Of a stretch of DNA of 64,000 nucleotides, positions 38,952 through 52,700 are shown one piece after another. Each line of letters begins with the position of its first letter. The stretch's first letter is position 1. Where the stretch lies: the NCBI GenBank assembly GCA_040954595.2, contig CM082588.2, positions 4,776,156-4,840,155 on the forward strand, written 5' to 3'. The notes below the pieces were generated by a model that worked only from the letters and a program-made list of their open reading frames with translations, ran no database searches and had not been told where the DNA came from. This DNA comes from Balanoglossus misakiensis (Eukaryota > Animalia > Hemichordata). Made by a program: the position numbers and the translations under genes.

Positions 38952-41900
38952 CTTTTGTACAACCACCTGTTGAGTTTCCTTCGCGTCACAGCTCAAGTTT
39001 GAAGAAATGTTGCTTGCAATATTCGTTGTTTGGTTAATGCATCTCTTGGGGACACTTCGATTGGGTTTGCACGTACGTTTTGACAGATGAAAGTCGCATT
39101 TGAAAAAGGGCCCTTGAGAACACAAATGGGTTTCAGAAAGTCACGTAATACACGTTAGGGCCGGACGTTCTATTGGAACCGACAGGATCAGGACTTTACG
39201 TGCAAGTAAATCCAGGCCTACAGTAAGTTATTCATGATCTTCACGTCTGCTGTCTGTTCAAAATAGGCCAGTTCCCTCTTGTATCTGTGTGCTTATTAGT
39301 GTAATGTCACTGCCACGTAAGAAACACCGGATAAGTTATTTTCGCATATCTTTTCCCCCCGCCCTGGAGACGCACCAAAATTCTGAAATCAATTTACTTG
39401 AAAAATATGACGCCACAGGAAGCATATTTCGTCATTATAAAAGTTTATTCTTTTGCTAATGACAGTGGCAATTAAAATGAATACGCTCATTGGTTACCCA
39501 GGGGCACACTCAACGCTCTATTATTTTAGTCTTTTATTAGAGGGCTCATTCTCTGCAAATGGCAGGGGGTGACTGCAACGTATACAAATCACATAATTAT
39601 CCATAATTTCTCATTAGCCTTCAACTGCGCGTCCCAAAAGAGCTAATCACAATTAAAACTTCTTGATGTAGTAAATAACGAGCGCCACTTTACAATACAA
39701 GACCGCGCCGAAGCTTTTTTAATTTCGATTTACGAACATCTCTGAGATTTGCAATATGTTACCATGGTAGCCTGCCCCCCCCCCCCCCCCCCCCGTGGAA
39801 TTCTACTGAAGGAAAAATGAACATTTTTATGTTGGCACAGCATTCCCATTCTCGCAAGCCAGAGTCACCTCGCAGAAACTGTTGTAAAGAGGTCGTAGTT
39901 TATAACGACGACAAGCTTTCCAACCGTAGAAACAAAACTGGTGATCTGATTGGTCAGATAGTTTTCTGCATAGGTGACTGACCCGCTAAAAGCGCAATTA
40001 TTGATACAGTTCCAAGAATGGCGGTCGGTGCAGGTGCGCCTGATATAGGAAGGTATTTGAGCATTAACACAAGTGACACAGAAAATTCTTCACAGACTCG
40101 CCGACGCCTGATTGAGTTAATATCCAAGATTCTGGTGGGGCTGTGTTCTCAGGGAAGGGTCTCCTTGGCGTCTCCTTCGTTCATAAACCGTCGGATTTAT
40201 GCTTCGGCAGGTCCAGGATGATATCTGTTCGAAGGGGTCACTGCATGGAAAGCGTCTTTTAGCGCTGTTGAAAAACAGTCTGTGTTTTTTCAGATTGCAA
40301 AGCTTGCCTCATCTCAGCCTTGTATTAACAGCCTGCAGAATCTCGGGTTACAAACCCATTAAAAGATGTTTTCAAGCAAACGCAAGTCGGTGATACGTGT
40401 GCAGATTCTGAAAAAGTGGGGATCTTTAAAACACGTATTCTTTTAGGAGCTTGCATATTCTGCTTTATAATACCGAGGAAATTCTTGTACGCACATTAGC
40501 TGCAACTTTTGGCTTTGTTTGCAGTATTTTTGTTCTGTGTATCAAACGCTATTCTTGCTCTTCTCCAAACACGTTTTAAAGTGTTATTTTTGCCACCAGC
40601 ACCGCTCGTCTACATTTCCTCGACGCGAATCGGATAACACCAGTTGTAAAAAGAGAGAATAAAGCTGCCAGTTGGAAATCTTACCTTGCAGTAAACTAGG
40701 GAAATGATGTCATTTGCTGTTTGAATGTTAGGCTTATGATTAGCAAGCATACTCTGCTGAGAGAATATACAATATGATTAACAGTCGTGTTAAAGTCAAC
40801 GCCAAACTGCAGCTGTCGGTGATTGCTAAAATCTCCGAGTAAAATTCCGATGTAATTATTCATCAAGCCACTCAATTAAATTCCTTTTACCGTTCGAAGG
40901 GAAGGTCGATATGGCTTGAGGTAGTTCACTGATAAATAGACTGAGTTATTATCATTAGGAAGTTAGGTGTACGCATGGTTAGTTTTGTTCTTCAGATGTA
41001 TCCGCACATGTGCGCTCAATGGCAGCGGCGCATTCAGTCTTCGACTTTTATGACTGCAATAATGACAGTAAAATCCAAATAATAATAATGGGCTGATTAT
41101 TTTTTCAAAAAGTCAGGTAATATCATCAGACATTTAAATAGTAAATAATATAAATAAATTGGCCAATTCCACGCTGTGCTTGTGATCACGGTCACTCCAC
41201 TCATTTTTAACCGTGTTTTGGAATACATGTATGTCCTGAAGTCGTATAGTTTTCGCTAATGGATCCAAACAGCCGCGAAATTGAACTATAGCAAGCGCCC
41301 TCTGTAAATGTAAGTGTGGGTCCATTTCCATTCCAGTCTCGCCGTCTCTGTTGTCATTCTCAGTTACAAAAGCACACTTCGGTACACTTACTGACCTTTC
41401 CGCCCATCTTCTCGCTTGATTGTAAAGAAGGAAGGCTTTTTGGAAGGAGATTTCAATGTTGCTCCTAGTCACGGAGAGTGTCTAGCGGAGCACACCGCTG
41501 TTTCCGACAAATTAAGTGCTCTCTGACGGAAGTTGATGGAGATAAAAAAAAAACTCAGCGGATCACTCAATACGCGACGAGAAAAAAATCTTGACACTCT
41601 CCCCCGAGGTGAAGCTATCTCCACACAATATGTACCATAGAGGAACTTCAACCGTCTGTTCATATCAACAAACGGGGGCAACTGAGCCCCACTTTTGGAT
41701 GTAGGAGATGCGGATTATTCGCCGCTTGTCTGCATGGTTTTGGCTGACTGAGACGCCGACCTTTATGTTCAGACTTACCCTTCATTTTACTGGCAAATGT
41801 CAGGCAGCAGAATGGGGGTGGGGTGATCATATGCTTGCTTTCGAAGTCCAAGTAAACCATTTCTCCACTCATACGTATCATATTGAATACAGATTATTCG

Positions 41901-44900
41901 TGTTATGGTCGTAAAACAAATTTCCCATTATTTTAAACCCATCACACATTAAAGTGATGGGGTCGCTGTATTTGACATTTCATATACACTGTACTTGTTT
42001 GTTTGTTTCCCGTGTGAGCTGTTTTGGTGTTGTTCTGTTTCCTTGGTTATAATCAACGGCCATTCTTACAGTTAAAGCCGTGTGTGTGAATAATAAGATG
42101 GCATGACCGGCGGCAGGTAATGATGTTGACGTCACAGAAGCGCCTATACACAGTACAATTGTGAATAGAACTCCGGATATTGTGAATTCAAACCAGCGTG
42201 TTCTAGTTAGCGGAGGAGCGTTAAATAACTTCTCAAAGATTTATGAGACAGGAACACTCCGATAATGCATCGAGGCAAGGACTTTGTCTTTGTAAAGCTG
42301 GTTGGAACTGGATAGGCCTAAGTACTAGATGGATTTACCGTATATCTCCGACAACTTCTGCGCTCGGGGTGTGAGATTTGGTCGGTCCGACGAAACTGAG
42401 AAATATATAGATGAATACGCTCGTTTTGAATGGTTCACATGACAAGGTATCAAAGGATGGTTATAAACCACACATGTCAGAGACTTGCTTCGGTTTAACC
42501 CCACTTACAAAACTGGAAACATTTTCAAATAGATATGCGTCAAAAGCCATCTGGTTAGTAATAAGCGGTGATTTACCCCGTCCAATGATAACGTTCTCTC
42601 AGGTCAGCGTACAGAGCTTTTAGATCCAGTTGTCACAAACGCGTCTTTCTCTCAGACGTGCTACAAATAATCACCCGTCCGCAAAATAAGATGAACAGGG
42701 GCTTACTGAGCAATAATGATGTTAATTAAGATGAATTATCACCGAAATGTAAGTTCACTTCCTGTCTGATCTGTCTTGTGCGTTTAGTTGTTATAAAGTG
42801 ACACACCCTTCTCAAATGATTTAAGGCACTGAATCTAATATGTTACTGATCGTATGTTTTGAAATTTAAAAGTCCTCGTAATTTGGTATTTAGCAGCGCG
42901 CATCAATTCAAAACCGTACGACAGGGCCCATTTTGTCTGGCGATTTACGATCAGGTTCTCCAGTGATTTGTGATGTAGACTTTAATGAAGTAATTTTTCA
43001 ACCTCCACCAGCCGACATTCGGAGGTAAAATCATGGAACAAAATCGAAGCGACTGCCGCAACGAAAACAATGTCCAATTATTATACATTCCCAATGCTAG
43101 GTTTGTTTTATGTTTTGCAACGTGAGTGTTAATCCTTGCTTCGGGGCGGCTGTAAAAAATCGATCAGCTAAGTGGCTTCTCCTTGGCCCGTCCTAACCCA
43201 GTTGTAAATTTTGCCATTTATTTCTCAAAAGTACCATTACAATAATAAGGTGTGACATAACAGGTGAAATATGGGTCATTATCACGGGTTTTATTGTGCA
43301 CGAAGGATCTTGAGTGCCAGTGGCGCAGATGTAATATTTTCAATCTCGAGCCAAAGGCAAGCGAGGGTATTCTAAATTTCGGTCAATACCAGTTCAACCC
43401 GAGGGCAGACTACAAACATTTGTGGTATCATGTCGTTGCCATGTCACCCAAAATTTGGGCAAGGCATACCCTTTTTAACGTTAGCACAGCACAGCCAGCG
43501 GTAGAAACTTGAGCGACACGTCAAATGTATTTAGGCGCTGGCAGCATATGTCGCTCCGTCAAAAATGGCCCCGTGAATTTGAATTTAAACAAGACAGAGT
43601 GAAGTAAACACGCGTGACACTACATTTTAATTTAAGGTGAACAGTTTTTCACGCTGGTCCTGAAAGGTCTTGCGAAGTTTTTCGAGAATAATTTAAACTG
43701 CAAAACACAAGTTGCGAGAAAAATAACCACTTTACGAGTATTCATAGGCCAAAGGAGCCACAGTGTCGGCTTGTTCGTCCTAGGAGAAGACACTGCCTAA
43801 TAGGCTAACTGGACGATGTCTGCATTTAGACGAAACTTGACGAGTTGAAAGCCCCAGTTTGACGATATTTTGAATTCTGATGGATCGGCTGCCGTCAAGG
43901 ACGCTCTGTGAACTGCCGATCTTTCTCGCTTCTTTTCCACGTTCATTTATTACGAGGGGTAGGGCTGGGGGTACTTGGGGGAGGGACAGACCTGCCCTTG
44001 CAATGGGGAAGGCCATTATGTGGGAGGGACATATTTTTCAATTTGACAGTACATGCTCCAAAGACCATCCATCATACCATGGCATTTTGTGCAGGGCCCG
44101 CGTCACCTTCATCACACTCCTGAACAATTGTTATCACGTCCCTTCTATTACTATAATTTACTATGGACACATGCAGTTGTAACTGAAGGAACGCAAAACC
44201 CACACTCTTGGGAACACACTCGCATGTGAATCTCCCTGTCTAATCTATGGGCTAATACGTGGCTCATCAATTTCACACAGAGATATGGCATAGTTGCTGA
44301 GATGTGACCAGCGTATACAATACTATACTTAGCCTATATATTCTATGCAATAAAGAGTAATTACAACATGTCAGTTATAATATTGCAATGATGACTCTAA
44401 CACATTCGTCTTCATTGTACCAATTACAAAGAAACAAGTGTAAGAATTATGAGTGTCCAAAACAGGGGTTCGTGTGAAAATACTCGAGGGTGCTCATTTG
44501 ACAAAATACATGTGTGTCATAAGTGATGTATCCCAAACTTCTCAATCTCTCCCTCAAAATAATTGAAACCCAACGATTACTGGCGAGCTTCCAAAACAAG
44601 GTTAATAGGGGTGATGCTTTGTGGGTAGTGATTTTTATGCCAAAGTTGTACACTTTTAGATTAAAGTTAGTTTTTCTCATAACGTATGATGGGTGTATAG
44701 GTAGACACAATCGTGTTGTCTGTCATAACTCAAGCTACAATAAAAGAGTAGAGGAAAGAAAATGGGAACGGAATTAATGGATTTTCATTTCCTCCCCACC
44801 GTTGGTCATTTTTCGGGGAAACTGGGAAACGCTTCAACCATCGGTATTTCCTTTAAGCCAAGAGGGAGATTCTCGTCGGAGATTTCATTTCCTCAATTAC

Positions 44901-45900
44901 CGTGATAGGAAGCACCGCGCAAGATGCATTTGGAAAGTATTACTCGAAAATTTGTTTGTTCAGTGTACCGTCTGGCTACTCGAGTTATTCCCAGGGAAGA
45001 CCGCAGATTAAGCCAAAGCTGTTTCTGCTCGGAAGACAGAAACACGGTCTCTGAGCAGTCACAACTAATAACCTCACACCGCTCTCACGTCACAAGCACG
45101 TCCACGTGTGATCGGCATGTGCAATTATCACGATTACTCCAGCGGGCCCGTATTGATACATCTTGTATACGCCTCGTCACCACAGACTAATGCTGACTGA
45201 CTCCATGGTTACCACATCATACGTTAGCGCATTTCGCCCAAAACCATTTTATTTGGAGTAATTTGTAATTGCTGCTTTTCTGTTACTATGGTAACTAAGC
45301 GGGTAAACATCTAAGATTTTGACATATTGCTCACCGGTGACAGGGTCTGTAAATTGTTGGTCATGTGACTGACGCAAACAATGATAGCAAAAGTTTACAC
45401 ATTTACAGAAATATCCCAGTCAATATTAGTGGTATTATACTTAGTACTTCATTATTATATTAAAAGGGGATTTGTTCTATCATTTCTTGATCGCAAATAA
45501 TATACTCGTTTATGTACATGAAATCTGATGCAACGTGTCCAAAACCTTTTTCGTTTTTGACTTAGTATTATTCGCTCTGTAGGTTATATAGTTTCCGGTG
45601 TCTGTCGACAGATCCAACGATTGATATCCATTTTTGTGTTGGAGAGCATATTGCATGTATCGACATCGCGCAGAATGGCATCGAGTTTCACGTACAATGT
45701 GAAATAAAAAAAACTAGTTCAGAAGATGGATTTCTAAGAAGAGTAATCTAGCTGAAGTAAACATTCCCATATTACCTCTCCCAATATAGAAGATGTCGAC
45801 CAGAAAGAGCGAGCGATATTACGGTTTCCAATTCAAGAATATCGTTCCGCACATAATACTGCAACTATACGCTTTTCGCTAATCACTGGACTAATGGAGA

Positions 45901-45959
45901 TTACCTGGCAGGTGAAATAAACCATGATCTCCTTTCTTGGCGTGTGCGCAATTCATTGC
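45901..45959 (+). pseudogene. Degenerate U1 snRNA 5'-end-like fragment
   Basis: TTACCTGGCAGGtgaaataaACCATGATC matches the U1 5' end (ACTTACCTGGCAGGGGAGATACCATGATCACG) in blocks of 12 and 9 nt, then weaker similarity to CATTGC; no Sm site or 3' half seen. Confidence 0.35.
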
Positions 45960-46091
45960 CATGGCAACGTCCGTCGACTTCAAAACGAATGAGAAAGCAA
46001 GATGTTTACGGATGATGCGTGTATACGGAACGAAAGACGTGTATTTTCAGATTCATTTGAAAGTATTGTGTTTGTATTAATTTGTTGCAGC

Positions 46092-46135
<44 letters not shown>

Positions 46136-46136
46136 G
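46092..46136. repeat. (GTCT)n microsatellite
   Basis: About 11 perfect units. Confidence 0.95.
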
Positions 46137-46659
46137 CCAGTCCGTCTGTTGCAGTGTCTATCCGCCTGCCTTATTCAAAATCTACATTCCCCAGAAAGTA
46201 CCTCTCATTTGCACATACCTATAAGTATACTCATTCACAATGGACGTCGACTTGCGTCTGATTGAAGTCATACTCTGAAGTGCGTGGCCAGACATAAAAA
46301 TGCTTTAAAGAAGAACATTGATGAAAGTTAGCATTCGGCATTCACTGTCGTGTTTGCAACACTTAACCACTTGTTCCCATCTCAACGCGGCGTGGTAAAT
46401 CATAACCAATTAACCTCAATGTTACACTAGACACTACTTGGTCTGTTCACGATCTTATCGATCTCCTTACGATCAGGCTGCTTGTCTTATACCGTGGACA
46501 ACAAGGTTGCTGACTTAGTTCGAGCCTACGGCGAAAGTCTCGAAGGTGCCCTTTCTTCAGATTTCTCCCGAATGCCACATGTACAGTGAAGTAAAAAGCT
46601 ATGCTATGCAGACATGCTGAATACAAACAGACAGGCATTTATCAATCTATCCACGCGTC

Positions 46660-46750
46660 TAGACAGATAGATAGATATATAGGCAGACAGACAGACAGGC
46701 AATATATAGCAGACGGACAGACAGGCAGACAGACAGACAGACAGACAGAC
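46660..46750. repeat. Imperfect (AGAC)/(AGAT)n microsatellite
   Basis: Degenerate tetranucleotide array, reverse-complementary to the (GTCT)n tract about 0.5 kb upstream. Confidence 0.85.
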
Positions 46751-49700
46751 ACTACACCCCCTTCCTTCTCATGATGCACACATGCAAATGCAAATCAATG
46801 CTTATAATACAACAACGTGAAACGCGAGCGAGACAGTCGAAACCCTAGGAGCAAATGGTCTGCCTATTGACACCGGAGAAAGATACCCGCTCTTTATATT
46901 ACCTACAGGCATGCCACGATGGTGATTGAAAGTTCCAGAGCTTGTTATCGCTCTCCGCAGCTCTGACTCGATAATACGACGTGCATTCTGTGACACGCAT
47001 TCAAACGCGGGCGAACATCTTGAATTTATCATTCAACAGCTGTAAGGTGATTGAAATAGAGATGTAATCTCGGCGAGCAAGATGCTCCAACTCCCTTTGA
47101 GACGCTAATTCATCTCACATTAAAATGAAATGCCGGCCTGGCAGATGAACATCTCGGCTTCTATTCACACGCGGTTACGAATTCAACAAGACGCAAGGCG
47201 GCTGGCAATCATCTCCTTTCTACGAAGGACCGACTCCCAACAAATATAAAGCGTTCGTATTCATCCGAGTCTGAGGAACGAGGCAACATAACAGGTGTTT
47301 TCCGGGATCTTTGAAATGGAAACATATATAACAATTTGTTTTGGAATCGCTGATTGCATAAGTGGACAGGATTTCCTGGAAATGGGCAATCTAGAGCAGA
47401 TATATACGACTCTCTTGAAATGTCTTGATGAAAAATTGAACGTTATAATACGGAATGTTTCTTCGGGAAGATGGGAGCGTACACAAAGATAATTTGTGGA
47501 GTCCATTTAATGGACGTTTTATCTGCAATATTGCTTCGTTAGGTTCTAGTCCGGCTTTTCTGCCTGGAAGTACGAGACTCTGCACATTTGATGACGAGCT
47601 TCCTAGTCGTTGCACTATTGTGATATATATGTGGGGGAATTAGAGTTGATGTGCTGACTTTGAACATTAAATATTTACGCGACAAAGCATAACCAAGTCA
47701 GTTATTAGTTCCCTTATTATCATCATAGATAGTAAAATCTAATGTGACAGTCCATGATATCACCTATACGCTAAGTTCTTCACGACCACCATGGAACTGT
47801 GATTTTCAAAGGGTGGATGTCGTCCCGTTTGCGGCTGCGGGGATGAATCCCATACGATAGACGCAACGTGTAACTGCTACAATATACACCATTGCAAATA
47901 ATGTGGTTTAATTACTTTGTATTACACTGTACACTATGTCATGTTTTAAAATCATATTCCAAAATACTTTGATATAACATGCACTGGTTGGCAGGGTCTC
48001 TCTGAACAGGGCGAGCAGTGTTTATAATTTGTTTATAAAGAGAAAAGTCGCACATGTGCAGTTCAAGCGACCCTCCCCTTTAAAGCTAACACTGTAGCAA
48101 TGCTTGCAGTCGGAAGAAGTGACAGAAGGCAAAGATCACAAGCCGAGGAGTTCTCAAAGACCTCAGCGTTTGGTGTAGATAGACAAGGGTGGGTTGGTAA
48201 ACAGATTGGTGGCATCGCGGCACCTTTCAGATGAGCCACTCAATAGTGGTAGTAGCATCGCGATCACCATCTCTCCGTCAAGTCGCTTTTCAGTGATTCT
48301 GGCAGAGACTTCCATTATCAACAATCCATCGTGAGTGCCCCCCAGTTGCTCTCGCAAACACTTTGCGCTGAAATGCGTGCTGCGTCAGAGCAATCACAGC
48401 TCAGCCACGGAGAGAGCGCTGTCAGATCTCTCGATTGTTCCGAGTCCAGGTAAATGACACTATTGGTCTCAGTCAAAATCGAATAGTTGAAATTTGCCCC
48501 GTTTCCAAGACATTTTCTGTCGTTTTAAAGCATAGGCATATGTGAAGGTCAGTGCCAAAGTCAAATAGCTTGCCAATATATGTCTGTAATTTTAGCTGAT
48601 ATTCATAAAACGGTTGTATTGATATGAGACATGTTTCTGCGAATCTCGATCGTACGTGACTCTGATTGTCTGCTTCTGACGGTCAAAGAAAGAAAGAAAC
48701 AGAATTTTCAAGACACGTGGCGACATCTAAAAGGTGCCGTCAGTCGATTCTGTCGAGGAAAACTGGAAAATGTAAGAAGCTGTGAGATGCTAGGCGCCAA
48801 TTTTTCTTACAACTTCGGAGCCGTATCCGGACAATTATATACAGATTATCTACAATTATACGTATCAAGAGCGGGCTGCTTGACAATCCTTGTTTGTACA
48901 TCTGTCACATTGATAACGCACGCGTGCTAATTCGCGTCTAGTCTTGAAATAGGTAGCGATTTCTGGAAAGTGCAGATGGGGTCGGATCACGAAGATGGCT
49001 AACCAATAGATTAAAATGATTCGACTATTAGTACGCACGTCTTAGAAGAAATAGTAAGAAGCAGACAGAAACAGAGAGAGACAAAAACAGGCAGAGATGG
49101 GGAGGAGGGAGAGAGAGAGATGGATATATAAGTTTTATTACTAACTGCTATCGATAAGACTTCCCAAGAAGGTTTGACAAATCGGCAATACTTTCAACTT
49201 AATACCAACTGTGCATTTTCAGTGGCCACAGGCTTCAATAACAAACCGTGGCACCATCACCATGGTTACTCTCCTTGTTGTCGTTTAACAAGGCGCATAG
49301 CATCTCGTATTGGCAGTCGCACAAAGCTGAAAAGGAAGCAGAATTGTATATTGCTCATTAAGAAGTGTATTCTTGTTAATTAAACGACGACATGTATGCT
49401 TACACACAGCAGACAAAGATTTGAACATTTGAATATGGGCTTTGAAATGTGAGTGTGTCCACGCATGTAAAAGCGATCGGATCGGCGCAGAAACATACGA
49501 TCAATATCACGTGATAAGCCGCAGATTATCTGAAAGTCGGAAAAGGTCTGACAAAGACACCCGAAGTGATGGCGCGGCACTGTTTTGATACTAATCTTGC
49601 CGTCTTACTTCAGAAAGCCATATACACCGACCGTGACGATACTGATAATGTCTACTCTAAATTGAAAATATTGTCAATGTCAAGAAAATGGCAATATTGC

Positions 49701-52700
49701 AACAGTGTGCAAAATATCACCAGGACTTTTCAGATGAATTTTTATGTTCATCGATTAACTTGTTGCATACACAGTCTTTAGTCATGTCAAAGACAAAATG
49801 ATTTACACACACATAATTCGCGATGAAAATTCGTGATAACTCATAAGTAATAGTGTGTAATATTTAAAGTAACAACCGTAACGTTGACAATAGATAAGCG
49901 TAGATAACAACGTCACATGTCGATAGTATCTTGTCGTGTCAGCGTCAGTATAAATTTTAATTATACAGCTTAATGAGTCGTGACGCGTACGGTAGCTAGA
50001 GTTTTACGATCAAGAGAAAAAAAATATAGGACAGCTGCAAGACTTATTTGCGTGAAAACCCTGGGACTAAGTTCCCGCTTTTGAGGTCAATTGTATTTCA
50101 TACGAGTTAAATTTACTTCTACGCAAGCAAGTCGAGTCGTGCATTTTACATGGTAACTCATTAACTAATTTATGCATGTCTTCGAGACGCCAGGTGTGTA
50201 GCATTCATTAATGAGCATCGTTTAATTATTTAAATTTTATAATTAGTAATCATTACCAATTGTAATTATTCATGTGCCTCGGATCGATCTTGACATACCC
50301 GAGTAACAGTCCTAGAAAGTTCGCCGTATACTCCATGGTAGGTAAATCAGAGGTCATTTCAACACTTGAAAAAAAAATGATTTGAATACTGAGTCGACAC
50401 TGCTAATTAGCCCGACAATTCACGCTATTTGCATGACTACAGCTACCAGGTGCATATTCCCTTGTGGATCAATGACCCCATTTTGCTCTTCCAAGGGTTT
50501 CTAACACATCACATCAATCACCAAACACGTGAAGTATAGCCTCTAGTAGGAAACTTGTATCTCTTCTATACCCTCACCATGCTACCAGTATCCTCCTGCT
50601 GAGAAGTAGGCATCACTGAACCGAAACCTGGGCAATGTCACGTTATAGGTAAGACTCTTCTATCCAAATACCAGTAGTATTCGCGTGCTGGTCCATACGA
50701 GCACCATAAAGCATCGCATGGAATTACTCTAACGGCATTTCGCCGTTGCGGTTTTATCCCTATCAGTCTCCCAGGCACCGGGGTCAGCGAATCAAATTAT
50801 CATTATGCCCACCCGAATGTGTCTTCAGAACTGTGCACGGATCACCGTGCGCATCCAATTTGAAATTCGTGCCGCAGAACAGTTCCCAGTACAGGGATAA
50901 ATTTGAAAGCCACTCAGGGTTGAAAGCTGCCAGCAGCAACAAGGGAGACGGAGACGTGAATTACGATTCCGCCCGGTACACGTGTTATATTTAATAACTT
51001 ATCTGGCGACTATAACTCATATTTCATGCCACAATATTGTCACTGACATGCCCTTCTTTGAAATACGAGCCATAACTGTCACCTCCGTGACTTTTCCTTT
51101 AATTCATGCTCGGTGATTCTCTCCCTAATAGTGAAATAGTTTTTTTTCTGTAAAGTCAGGTGCTATATATGGAGGTGTCACTTCATTTTTTTGTCTGTCA
51201 TGCTTGGAAAGCCTGACCAAGTAACGTTCTTTGATAACAAATTACCGTACTGTACAGTTTTTCTCAAACAGCGTATGACGATGGAACGCGACTTTTAATT
51301 TCTGACGATTTAACGAAAACGTGTTAGGCTTACTGAATGGCCATGGCGTCTTATCTGTTTTTTTAACTTTCTGGATTGATGATATCGTGGAAGTATGCGC
51401 ATCTCCTTAGATATGCTGATCGAAGTAGGGTTTACACTGGCCCTGCTGTGTGGTGTGGCAAAACCTTGGTGAAAACCGCAACCCCCTTTGCTGTTTGAAG
51501 ATTGAGTAAGCTTAGGCCGTGGAGTTGTATAGAAAATATAAAAGTACAGAAGCCCGAAAGGGGTCCGGGCGTACTTAGTTTCCCCACAGAGGCTTTGTGA
51601 TAACCGCGGAAGGATTTTTTATGACTCCAGGAGAGTGATGCGTGGCAGTGCACCGGTCGCGTTGACAAGCTAGGACCACGGCAACAGGTGTCAGTCGTAT
51701 TAACCAGGACCGTGCACGAAGCTGCCAGGCTTGGGCGATTAAACTGTACTGTACAAAAACGACCACATTTGCGAAAAATAACGAGCCTCTATACTCTGTC
51801 AGTTAACTCCATTATGGTCGACACCATCACACGTAATTCCAATCATGCAACATTTATACATCCGGGCGATATTATTAAATTTATGATTGAAGGCCGGGGT
51901 CGAGATCTTGTTCCTCGTGTCTATCACGTTACCCATTCACGGCTTTTCAAAAGACGCCGTTACAAGATTTCACGCGAATTACCGGCAAGGCCATTACTGT
52001 CCGGCGAAATGAACCCCGAAGTCGTGATTTCTTACTTTCGGTGATATAATATTATATATTGACACACAAAAAGGGCAACGCTAAACTAAATTAAACAGTC
52101 TTAACGACGCAGCGCTTTTACAGAGGGCATTTTGTTTATTGTATTAATATTTCCTCGTCACTGTCGTTAATCTGGTCAAAGCGGGCGAAGTCTTGGAAGG
52201 GCGCCTGTAAAGCCATTAGAAGGCAATGGCCATTTACGATTTCGTCTGAATAACCAGATGTCATGTTATACGCCTGCAATTTGACGCGGCGGATCCGTGA
52301 ACAAATTAGTTGTCTTGTGAAGTAAAAAGCCATCGTAAAAAAACACCCGAATTCACGCGAACTCAGACACGTACTTGCGAAATGAGCCATTTACGTGTAA
52401 AACGACAACCGCAAGGATTGATCTTCACGAAGTCCAAATGTCTCGCGGTCAAAAAGCTGCTGAATGCGTCGGAAACCCCCCGGCCTCTGGAGTTTCACAT
52501 TGCCATTTCCACCGCTAGAGGACGCATTTCAATTTCACCCTTGTCCTCCAAAAATGAGGTGGGCGAAGTGTGTTGCTATTAACGGTTTATTCTACGCGTA
52601 TTCCTCATCAGTCATAATTCTCTACTAGCATCGAAGGCTGTTTGATTTTAAATTTGATCTAATGGCTTCTCAGTGTATAAGGCACAAATTATTCGAACAA

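Noticed and set aside
40662-40683. 13-nt match to mature vertebrate miR-22 (AAGCTGCCAGTTG)
   Set aside because: No complementary arm to form a precursor hairpin; 3' part diverges.
43956-43985. G-quadruplex-type G-run cluster (similar G/C runs at 58090-58200)
   Set aside because: Looks like a repeat-end remnant; no paired terminus or functional context.
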